Origin: Phoronis australis
Taxonomy: Eukaryota > Animalia > Phoronida
Direction: 5' to 3'
Length of the DNA stretch: 36,414 nucleotides
Assembly: GCA_002633005.1 (NCBI GenBank)
Contig: NMRA01001166.1
Coordinates: 8,057 to 44,470, forward strand
Both the position numbers and the translations under genes were made by a program. The notes below the pieces were generated by a model that had not been told where the DNA came from, made no database searches, and saw only the letters and a program-made list of their open reading frames with translations. This document shows, one piece after another, positions 1 through 10,623 of this stretch (within the stretch, counting starts at the first letter, position 1; the number at the start of each line of letters is the position of its first letter).

Positions 1-139
1 TGGCCAGACGAAATGGTACAGAAAGTGAGGAGAAGTATTCTAGCCCCCAACCGGCCAACCGAGGGGCTACGCGTTGACTAGCCCCTGTCCTACCAGCCCC
101 GTTGATAACCTTTATACCTCGCCGCCGGGTCTCATCCCC

Positions 140-515
140 AAAGCAGACGGCGATTGTCACCCGACATCCCACTTATACCCAGGGAAGTGGTGAAATGGCG
201 AGGAATTGGCTTGGGTTTGAGGGATCATTAAAATCGAAAGAAATCGGCCGTTAGAAAAGCCATCTGTGGCTACAAATAATAAATAAGGGAAGTATCGTTT
301 GTCCAGGACAACTAACGACGAACGGGAAGGAGTCTACTAGTTATAAACTTGTCTAATTAGGAAAACTTACGAGTGAATGTACAGATGCTTGAGGCTGGGC
401 CAAGAGGAAGCTGGAGAGAAAGAACAAACAGCGCAACCGTCGGACTTGGTAGGAACTAACCAGCAGTTGGATATGAAGCATGAAGGACTCCATAATGGTA
501 TTTGCCCAAATAATA
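140..515 (+). pseudogene. Possible degenerate restriction-like endonuclease (REL) tail of an R2/NeSL-type non-LTR retrotransposon
   Basis: Frameshifted fragments RLSPDI..., ELA, GFE and LEAGPRGSW resemble the RPDI...ELT.PFE...VG.RG.W order of REL domains. Heavily broken. Confidence 0.25.
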
Positions 516-534
516 GGATATATGTCAGAGTGCC

Positions 535-665
535 ATAAAACCAGGTTTTACTGGACCACTGGTCTAATAGCTAAACCACCTTTATTAGATTCAGATTGTC
601 TTTAAACCTGGTCTAAGTCCAGTTTAAACCAGGTTTAACTGTAAACCACCTTTATGAAATCGGCT
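535..665. repeat. Small palindromic MITE-like fragment
   Basis: taaaccacctttat occurs twice (about 572 and 642). Inverted motifs ccaggtttta/tttaaacctgg/aaaccaggtttaa. Ends tttatgaaatcggc. Confidence 0.45.
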
Positions 666-1207
666 GAAGGTGTTGGTCCACAATACGGCCTAAACATTTG
701 AATGAGGATTTATAAATAATGACACTGTTTGAAATAAATTCAAATTTGCTTCTAGGCATAGACTTAGCTTGAAAATGGACAACGTTAGTTTTTTTCCATG
801 TTTACAGCCTTTCTCCACATTTTACACCAGTTGTTTAAAACCTTCATCATATCTTGCATGTCAATTTCATTGTCAGACAGATACTGTTTTACCCAGCATA
901 ATTTCTTTCTATTCTTTACGCTTTATCCAATCGACTTGACGGCCTTATTTTATCGTTCCTGAACACCCAATCTCAATTACAACTTCTCGGTGAATCTTAA
1001 ATGGTGGAGCATCACTAGGCTACAGATCGTGACAAGTGCGCATTTTCACTGAACGTTACGCCTACAGATTTAGTAAGGATATTACTTTAGCTACCTATTT
1101 CTTTTTCTTAACACCTCTTGATACCTTAATATCTGTTGAACTCATTCGCAGCTAGGTCGTTAATTGCTTAATTTTATTATAACTAATTACAAATATTGTA
1201 ATTACAG

Positions 1208-1444
1208 ACGGCCATGATTGTAAGTTTCTTACATCCGGTGACTATTACGACGGAATCAAGTCAATCACAGTGTCGGGAAGGACCTGTCAGAGATGGGATG
1301 CACAGACTCCTCATACACATGTTAGCACTAATTTGGTTTTGCAAGAAAACTACTGCAGGAATCCAGACAATTCCGCGGTGCCTTGGTGCTATACAACAGA
1401 CCCGTTAGTGAGATGGGAATATTGCACAGTACCATTTTGTTCAG
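1208..1444 (+). CDS. Kringle-domain exon 1 (internal phase 1-1 exon) of a kringle-kringle-PAN-like gene
   Basis: Acceptor ttacag ends at 1207. The 237-nt exon reads (D)GHDCKFLTSGDYYDGIKSITVSGRTCQRWDAQTPHTHVSTNLVLQENYCRNPDNSAVPWCYTTDPLVRWEYCTVPFCS, with all six kringle Cys and the NYCRNPD/PWCYT signatures. It ends at CAG|GCAAGT (GC donor). Confidence 0.93.
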
Positions 1445-3269
1445 GCAAGTACACAATAAAACGTAGGAAGAGACACAATACCGACTTGCCCAACTTAAAA
1501 GAATGATCCTTGATGGTGTGAAACTAGCAACTACAGTTACGTCTATCATCAACATTGAATTTGAAACTATACGAGAAACTCCGATCACAGGAGATTTTTT
1601 GCAATTAGAAGTTCTCATTGCTAAGAAATTGAAATTGCATCGGACTGCCTTGAGCAGCGCCTAAAACTGTTGTTCGGACTTGAAGCCGAGTCTAGAGAAA
1701 ATGGGAACTATGAAGTTTAGTGACATCTCTAAGCAAAATAAATGCCATGAAATATTCTATACCATCACCATCAAATGTAACTATCCATAGGGTTGAACAC
1801 TGTTTTACAATTTTCTCTGTGTTGTTAAAATGATACAATAAAGAGGATTCTTCTATGCAAGGACTCCTGTCTTTAGGGTTGTAATATAACTCATATTGAA
1901 TCGTTCATTAAACCCAATCACGAATGCTTGTCATGTTTCAATTTACTTAAACAGAAGTATCTGAACATCACAAAACTGAGAAATGTATTTCCAACAAAAT
2001 GCCTATTTCAAGTCTCGAAGGTTGATGGACCTCTATTGTTCTTCAGTTCCCAGAAAATTGAAAATATTTTATAGTGGTATATACTTTTGAGTGACTGATA
2101 ATATGAATTCATTGTTACCAGTTCAATTTTACTGCTTTTTATCCCATGCGCGTTGAATCTGTCGATGGAAATACGGCCATGTAATAAAGTTTTCCGTATT
2201 CACCTCCCGCACTACTTCAACAGCGACCTCTGGCATGTAAAGTTCAAAAGGTAGGAAAATGTCGACTCGACGTCTTTAGCCGGTTCGATCATCACACTTT
2301 ACGAATATAGTTTAAAGTAATACAGTTGCAGCAGTGTTACTAACATTCGACATGCAACCAGACCCTAAACGTAAAATCTAGAACAAAACTGTTATTTATA
2401 AAACACTTATGTCTCAGTTTTCAATTGCTAAATATTACATGTATATCGTCTGCAACTCAGGCGCTGATTCCTAGAAAATTAAAATATAAAATATACTATT
2501 TCCAGGAGATGTTACAAGTTCACTGCACAGTTGTCGTTGTTTTCATCTTTGCTACCTCTTTTCAAGAAATAAATCGTTACTTTTAAAACTGTTTCTTTAA
2601 CAAGAGAAAACTTACAACCTAACGCGCAAGTACATACATATATTATGGGATCCGTCATGTGTGAAGTGTTTGAAAAATCTGCCGAAAAATGTAAGAAAAT
2701 TAGGAATTGGAAGAGCATGGGATGAGTACAATTCGGTCTCGGTCGATACGCGGAATAATGTCTCGTGGGATATTACTTCATGAACGCCACTACCGGTACG
2801 TTTTCTGTATTTATGTTTTCCTTGTGTATGATGGAATAAATATAAAAAAAGGTGTGGCGGGAAAGAATATGTTTAAAGATTCAAAGAACCATTACTTCAC
2901 AGAAAAAACGAGAGCAACGTGGTGCGTTGAAAGGCGTCCACGACTTCAAGCAAGCGGTGTGCTACAGTGTTGCTTTTTAATATCATAAATATGGCCATTA
3001 CATGATGCACGTGACGGCAAACCCGTCGGAAATAGGTAAAGTGTCATACATGTAGTATCTTTAATAAAAAGTTATTTTTCAAAAGTCTTGAAATTCGCCA
3101 GGAAATCCAAAGATGCAAAAAAGTGCCAGTAGGAGGCAGAGCGGAAGTCCAATCCGTCGTTCTCCTGCCAAGTTATTAAAAAAAACTTTCCAAAATTGTG
3201 AGCTTTCTGGATGCAAAAATAATGTCACTGGGGGACCGCAGCAGTTGGACCCATCTGAAAATTCACGCT

Positions 3270-6200
3270 AGTCGTGCTTCATTTCGGTAGAATCATATCT
3301 GCCAATTTTCATAAAGGTCCTGTAAAAGGTTCGGCAGATGCAGAACCAGACGGCAACACAGACTAAAAAGTAATTAACATGGCCACTAGGTGGCGGAGAA
3401 TACGTTGTACGCGGCCCACATTGGAAAGATGCTGTCATCTTCATAGTAGAAAATTGCGTGACAAGATTCAAGAAAAAGTGTCGACATACAGGCAACAACA
3501 TTGCTAATTGGGCCTAAGCGGTAGTCAGAGACGTCCAAAATGTCACGGGCAGCCATTGTAACATCTACTGTATGTAAAAACACCTGCAAGTGTTCACAAG
3601 CATCACGCAACGGGAATCAGGAGCTGCAGCCATGGCCGCAAAAAATACAAAATCAGCCTTAGGAGACGTCAAAGGTGTCAAACTCGTGCAAAAATCAACG
3701 TCAGCCGTGACCTTCTCATCAGGGTCAAAACTGCTACTATTCATTACGATCCTTTGAGCAGACTGGAGGATAAAGCGAGGGGCTTAAAAAAGCAAACCCG
3801 AAATAATTAACATGGCTACTAGGCGGCGCAAAATACGTCCCAAAATAGAAAAGTATACATGTAGTTATCGCCTTAATCTATTATATAAAATGCATCGCTC
3901 GCACAAAATCCGTCTCCCCTGCTCAACTATAGACCTTTAATGCGCCCGTTTCGGCACCGCCTTGGTCCCAGGTAGTGCACCTGCCTCCTATTTAGAGGCG
4001 TTCTAGTTTTTATGGTGGTAAAATTGTTACGCGCTCTTTTTGGTCGACTTTTGGCACCATTGCGTCGCCTATTGGCCCATTTTCCCGTACTTGTCATAAC
4101 AATCGGAACAGGTTTCATTTCATTACAAATTTTTGGTATTTTGAAAGCAGAAAACTCAATTTCAAAATAAACACTCGAGAGATATCGCAAAGTTTTAGAA
4201 AATGGCGCATACGTGGGCGTGTCACGAGTATGTCCTGTTTTTAAAACGACGACAAATATTTCTTTGCTACAAAAGACGGATAATTACGCAAAAATCACGA
4301 TTATTAGATTGTCTTTTTTTAATTCTATAAACGGTTGTAACAGGCAATGTGAGTGTCGGTTGATTCCAAGATTCTGCATGCACTCCTGCCGGTCGTTCTA
4401 TATATACGTTTCGCAACGAACTGACGAGCTGAGCACCCGGGTTGTGTGAAATTTCGGTTTCTAACGGAACTTAGCACACGCCTACCTAGCTGTATGTTGA
4501 CGACAGTCTTCATACAGCTAGCTGGCTTTCTAACTCAGTATATACATGTAAATAATTGATGCGAGTTTTTTAAATACAGTTATATACCTTGTGTACTATA
4601 CACTATTTTTAAATACTTACTTAGTTTTCATTTAAATAATACATGTATCTGATTGCCATACTTTGTGTTACAGCAGGGTCAAATGTTCTGTACAGAAATG
4701 TGCACTGTTAGGGAAAGAATCCCGTAGCTGCACACCATACATGTACTTACTGAAATCTGACAGTGACAGAAATTCTGATTGAGGCTTTGAACACTGTCTC
4801 TTCAAGAAGTATTCTTGTCTCTTGCGATGAACACTAATGTTCACTTGAAGGTGTAGCTATTTCCTCTTGGCATTTCCCACTAGCTGCTACCCAAGCGAAA
4901 GCAAGAGAACGGCTAGTAGAAACATCTTTGCCAAACTTCAGAAAAAATCCATCAAAGATAATACAAGCGTAGAAAAATAAAACTACATGTACCACAAGGG
5001 AGCACAACTGTAGTCGGATTGATTTGAAACTTGTTGTCATACAGTATGCTACCATCTCCATTGGAACATATCTGCCAAGACGATCTTACAATAAGTTAAG
5101 GCGATACAGCCGCGGACTCAAATAAACAAAAAAATGTCACTCGCTTTCGCCAGAGTTGTCGAAGCCGTTCGAAAATAAGTATCAGCCGGGGTCTTCTCAT
5201 CAGGAACACATCTGCTAATTTTCATAATGTTCCTTTGAGTGGTACGGTGGACAGAAAAGCGGACTTCAAAAACGTATTAAATGTTCATGTCGTGCATCAT
5301 TATTGTCATTGGTTCTTATCACGCTGTTTATTTTTTTTATAGGTAGCAGTACATCTGTTGCCGCTGTGATTTGGTTTCCTTTAGTAACGCGGTTCATTCC
5401 AGTGGTTACAATAACATTTGCATAGTCGAATAGTACATGTAGCTTGACCGGCCGGCTATTACTACATGTACTTATTAGCCTCTGTACCACAGGCACCTGA
5501 TCAAAGGTGCCTGTGATATTACGCGGGTTTTTGGTGACTAGCGTTTCTCGTGTATAGCGGCATTCGTTGACAACATCTGTGACGCGAAGCGTGTTTTCTT
5601 CTGATACTGAAATTTTTAGATTAAGCAGAGACTGTTGGCCAAACTGTTGTTAGTACTGAGTATTATGGCATAGCATGTTGTACTCGTGTGTATCTACTAG
5701 CTAAAGTTTAGAGCGTGTATACATGTACATGTAGTTGTTGTATAACTTATAGTTTCATTCAGCTGCTTGTTTGGCGTATATGTTGTTCGGTGCCCGGTTC
5801 ACAAGATAAATAGTTACGGGTCGCAGTTAGGCAGTTGTTTGTGCATGATAATGATTCCCAGTTGTAGAATAGATAGTACGGGTTCCGGTTAATTGTGTAT
5901 TGTTAGCGAGGTAGTATTTGTTAGGCCTGCAATACAGTCATTGACGCGACTCTTTCTAACGCTCTGAGATTTAGTGCTTGTTAATTAATTACGCTTGATT
6001 GCCGAGTTTTTCTTTATTGCAGATAACCGCTTGCTTGGTTCCACCTTTCAACGCTTGTCCAGACATTTTTTGCATCACCTGTAACACTATCGTTTGCCAA
6101 TGCTGCACCGAATAAAGTGTGTTATACAAAGGGCTTCTCCAGTTATATTTCTAACTTATCCCTGTAGCCAGACCCGGCTACACTTAAAATTAAATTGCCA

Positions 6201-6450
6201 CCTGGTGAAACAGGATACGTCATATCCGTTCCGAAAATGAGAGGGAGTGATCATCTTAATAGAAACCCCACTTGCTAAATTTCATTAAAATCCATCAAGG
6301 ATATCGAAGGATACAGAGGCAAACATAAAATATAGAATTGCCACTAGGGGGCAGAGTGGTAATCGGATCGGTTCGAAACACGTCATCGTCTCTCTTCAGT
6401 TTCATATAAAAGACATCTGCCAAATCACATTATGATCCTACACTCTACAA
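3270..6450. repeat. Dispersed subunits of an intronic non-autonomous repeat carrying CCACTAGRKGGC motifs (interrupted by other insertions)
   Basis: Recurring catatctgccaattttcat-like units (about 3295, 5065, 5208, 6412). taattaacatgg[c/t]actagg[t/c]ggcg occurs at 3371 and 3804, and ccactagggggcag at 6341. Confidence 0.5.
5488..5515. repeat. Perfect 11-bp hairpin
   Basis: cacaggcacct-gatcaa-aggtgcctgtg. Confidence 0.85.
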
Positions 6451-6893
6451 ACTAGAGTAAAAACTCAGACTTTAAGCTTTTAGCCTTAATGCTGAACTCA
6501 TGAAGCGTAAACTTAATCGCATAAGTCATAATGTACTGGAGTCTTGAATAATACACACGTATCTTGAGTGCACTGGAAAGTAGTATGGAAATTCAAAAAT
6601 AATTCGAGTTCCATTTTAAGTACAATAGATTAGTCCCGAACCACGCTCTCTAAAAGACGACGTTTTTGGCACAGAATTACAGTTCATGAAGGACTTCGCC
6701 CGTCGCGCCGTCTCAACCGGCTAAGACATGTACAGTAATTGGTCGGCAACACAGTCGGAACTCGTCATCGAGTGCAAATCTGATGTCCTAGCCAGTTGCT
6801 TCGACGGAACTGACGAAGTCAATCAAGTGCAGATAATAAAGTGAAGAAAACTAACGCCCACTCGTTTTTGATCCGTACATGTGACGTTTGTAG

Positions 6894-7130
6894 GCCACCA
6901 CGATTGCAAGAACGACCCTCAAGGAATTGGTTATAATGGGTCAATTAGTCTAACCATTCCTGGCACACCGTGTCAACGATGGGATGCGCAGTACCCGCAC
7001 ACCCACGTCGCCTTCGAGAGAGTACATGAAAACTTCTGTCGACAAACGGGGATCGGAAATAAAGCTCCTTGGTGCTATACTACGGATCCTGCCCTTAGAT
7101 GGCACTACTGTCAGGTTCCATTATGCTCAG
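6894..7130 (+). CDS. Kringle-domain exon 2 (phase 1-1)
   Basis: Branch-like ctaac at 6851 and acceptor tttgtag ending 6893. The 237-nt exon reads (G)HHDCKNDPQGIGYNGSISLTIPGTPCQRWDAQYPHTHVAFERVHENFCRQTGIGNKAPWCYTTDPALRWHYCQVPLCS, six Cys. Donor CAG|GTATGC. Same length and phase as exon 1 and joins it in frame. Confidence 0.93.
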
Positions 7131-7923
7131 GTATGCACGGTGCAGTCTTGAAACGAACAATGATGACAAGGAAAGCGTTAATTACACCACTGTGTATACG
7201 TTGTAAGCATTCACGTGAAGCACTGGAATCACGAAATTGTACACATTTGATTCAGAGGATCACGGGTTTCAATTTTTATGGGGTACTCCGGCAGATAATG
7301 CCTACATACATGTACCAAAGAAAAAACATAAAATTACAGCTTTGATCTTGCGCATCACGAACAAAAGTGCATTTAAAGATGAAATGCATTGGAATTTAAA
7401 TGCAGCTGCAACGCAAAGTCAAGGTCATGCTAAGAATTGTACGATCAAACTTGGCTTAATTATGTTGCATATTCAGACGAATTAATGAGGAACGTAATAT
7501 GGCAACATTACACAAACGTTTTAGGTCGTGAAAGTCATACTTTTTTGTCCGATTTTCAAAAATCTAATCACGACAACTTTTCACAAGCTATTCAAATATG
7601 TTATGTTATAAAAGGAAATTTTAAAACTACTGTTATCACCCCCATTGTGTTTATGATGAGTCTGATTATTCAAAGAACGATAACATCATTAGCCTGTACG
7701 CTATAAATAACTACAACAGCATGGTGTCTATGATCAATGCAGGCAGATTTCGAGGTATGCAAACCGGTCGAGTTGCCATATCTCGACCGGTGACTTTGTC
7801 AACGAAGGATTCAATTCATATTTTATCGTCTCTGTGCAGGTGCCATTAGTCTGTCATATTTTACCTCCCTTTGTCTGTACGACTGAAGAATTCACCGTTA
7901 TTATACTTGTCTTTTTGTAATAG

Positions 7924-8240
7924 GAAACTCCAAAACCTTGCAACCGAAAGTCACCAGTACGACAGCGTCGCCATTTGTAGTGACGGACTGCACTGCTCTT
8001 CAGCCACGGCTCATCGTCAACAATGTTTGTTTGAACCCCGCGCAGGTCAGAAAGTACGCTAAAGTTAGGAGTGATTTCATGGTTATAAACAGCACTTTCG
8101 AGAACGTTCGGCCAATAGACTCTAAGTATGCGCGCAACACGGTCGCCTGTTTGCTCAACTGTAAAGCAAGTGAGATGTGCGAAGTTGTCACTTACTCAGA
8201 ATGCACTAACACGTGTACTAGACTTGTTTACATAGTTTAA
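7924..8240 (+). CDS. Terminal coding exon: Ser/Thr-rich linker plus C-terminal PAN/apple-like Cys domain
   Basis: Polypyrimidine tract and taatag acceptor ending 7923. Phase 1 start is in frame with exon 2 and with ORF 7938-8240. Reads NSKTLQPKVTSTTASP...ACLLNCKASEMCEVVTYSECTNTCTRLVYIV*, with a C-x3-C-x5-C...C pattern typical of PAN/apple modules. Confidence 0.75.
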
Positions 8241-8269
8241 AGCCAAATATTTCGGTAGCTCAAAGATAC

Positions 8270-9330
8270 CTTCTACGTGAAACTTTTTGAACACTGGGGT
8301 GTTCCACAGGGCTCTATACCGGATCCTTAATTATTCATCATTTATATGAATGCAGTGGGGGACTTAAGTGGGACCAAAAGACCCATGCCCCTCCCCTAAA
8401 ATTCTCCCAGATTTCATTTGGCAGTTCGGGGATGCGAATGTTTGACGTGAAAAATCCTGGCTAATACTCTGAATTGCCCCCCCAACTCAAAATCCTGGAT
8501 CCGCACCTGGATAAATTTTGTAAAATGCACGAGTTTCTTTGACTGCATAATTTATGCTGACGATACTACTATTATTAATGGTATTCACAGCACATTGTTT
8601 GTTCATGAGTCACATACATGTATGTTTTGTGAGGAACTGGAGAAAATTCAGTCTTGGTTAAATGTAAAAGACAACTAAATGCAATTAAAACAAAATTCAT
8701 GTTTTCCCCCAAATGTATTGATATTTTTAATTTTAAAAAATTGAAAAGGTTAGTTCATTCAATTTACTCGATGTTACCATCGAAGACAACCTGTTAGGGA
8801 CTCCACATGCACTAACAATGTGTTCAGAAAAATAAGCTGACTCTGTGGTGTTCTTAATATCATTAAATATTTCCTGCCCTTTGAATCCTGGAAAACTTTA
8901 TACAGTGGTCTTGCCCCTCCTCATTTTGATTGTGGTATTCTGCTATGGGAATGTGAACATCATACAGTAGAGTATACAAATTACAGAAAGAGCTATTCAA
9001 GTTGTTTTAACCTCTGACGTCACTGGTTAATTTCAACTCCTCCGTCTGCCGTCAGGTGTCAGATAAAAGAGCTATACATGTACGTGCTGTTATCGAGTGG
9101 AACTACTCGTTCTAAATTGATACAAACTAAGTTGTTTTTTTAGATGGCATTCTCCTTTAATAACGTTAAACATTTCTTGCCCTTTGAAACTTTGAAAAGT
9201 TGATACAATGGCTTTGTCCCTCCTCATTTTAATTGTGGCATTTTGCTATGGGTTGTGAAAATCATAGAATATTCTAATTACAGAAAGATGGTATTCGTAT
9301 TATTACTTCTAGTTGTTTTAAACAGTACAC
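8270..9330 (+). mobile_element. Degenerate CR1/L2-group LINE reverse transcriptase remnant
   Basis: Frameshifted RT motifs in order: GVPQGS..P.LFIIYMN (8298-8351), IIYADDTT (about 8547-8570), ELEKIQSWL, LNAIKTKFM, VTIEDNL, LYSGL.PPHFDCGILLW and KLQK.AI. Confidence 0.85.
8353..8509 (-). mobile_element. CAG..GCGGATCCAGG-type MITE inserted into the LINE RT
   Basis: Separates the YMN(D) and YADD motifs. Termini are CAG...CTG. The right end ccccccaactcaaaatcctggatccgcacctg is the near reverse complement of 21478-21510. No clear TSD. Confidence 0.7.
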
Positions 9331-10129
9331 ACCATGGATTTTTGCACATTTCGAATTACCGGTGGCCACAGACTAAATGTATGACGTAAAATTTAGCCAA
9401 ATCCATGATTATTTTGTGTCATTAGCTCGAAATTTTGATTTCTCTTTCAATTTTGCCAATTTTCATATTTCCCGCCATGTGACATCATTGGTTGAACACA
9501 AAGAGATCAACGACTAGCATTGAACAACGGCGGTGAATAGGGAATTTGAAAGCGACAATGATTAGGAGCAAGAAATGAACAAATACTATAAAGAAACGTA
9601 CGAGAATGGTGGCCAGGATGACGAAATGGGGTTGCACGAAAGCGAGAACGAGTTTGATATGTTTTCAGCTGCGTACTTTTCTACTTTGAGGTCTTACGAA
9701 ATGGATTCTCCCGCGAGAGAAGCGGCCTCGGGCTCGGCCAGTCAAATGGATCCTCCCAGTTGCTTTGTATTTCATGCGCGCACCCAGCCTTCAATATGGG
9801 GGGGCTCGAATTCCTGACTTTGTGGACTTTGTGGACCTTTTGGTAACAAAAATGCGGGCGGACTAAAGAAGAAATAAACAAATGGGAGCACCACTGTGAA
9901 TTCCGCGTTTGCGCATGTTTAGTGGACTTTTGCCTCATTTTCTCGGACTTTTTGTCTCCCAGAGGCGGACGTTTTTGCCCACTTCGCCAAATGTGGGGGG
10001 AGCTCGTTCGTTGGTGCGCGCATGTATGTAACTATTTTCTGTAAGCTATCCTTGTCTTTCTACATGTAGTTTTAAATTGAGTGGTCACCCAATTTTGTAA
10101 TACTGATTGTATCTGTAACATTGTATTAC

Positions 10130-10252
10130 TTCTGTGGTGGCTCCGTGGTCACCGGTCCTTTCGGGTTCTTCACGGAGTCTCCATAAGCTTTAATTGTATT
10201 TATTGTAATTTCGTCATAACGTGATAAACGTGTATTACCACTACTACTACTA
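10130..10252 (+). mobile_element. LINE/SINE-like 3' tail: stem-loop plus (ACT)n microsatellite end
   Basis: ctccgtg...cacggag stem (10141-10178), then an AT-rich spacer and ccactactactact. This organisation is typical of CR1/L2 3' ends. Confidence 0.5.
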
Positions 10253-10623
10253 ATTGAATCACGATACAACTATTTAACATATCTCAAACCTCTCTTCATC
10301 AAACTCAAAACGCCTGCCCTCAGCAACCTATTCCGCACCCGATTACACGTTTGTGGAGTCACAATCGTAAAACCACGCTCAAAGCAATCTCACAGATAAT
10401 TAAGCATAGCTATGCCATACTCGAATTGAAAACATATCTTTTCCACTTTGTATAGACTTTTCCGCACCAACAAGCGCGTACAGTGCTTCCTCCGCGCCAA
10501 TAGTGTTGCAGTTGTCGTTCGCCATTGGGGTTCTGAAAATGAAGCTTGTCAGTCATTTACTACTTAAGCCAGCACTGCATGTACATGTATTATCTTACTC
10601 ATATGGAGTACATTAGCCTGTAG

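Noticed and set aside
1270-1506. ORF-track kringle ORFs (also 6881-7345) as standalone genes, or a plasminogen/PLG/HGF symbol
   Set aside because: Their starts and tails are intronic read-through. The true units are spliced exons, and with no protease domain orthology to PLG/HGF is unsupported.
9575-9817. 80-aa acidic ORF
   Set aside because: No recognisable domain or convincing splice partners; probably part of an unclassified insertion.
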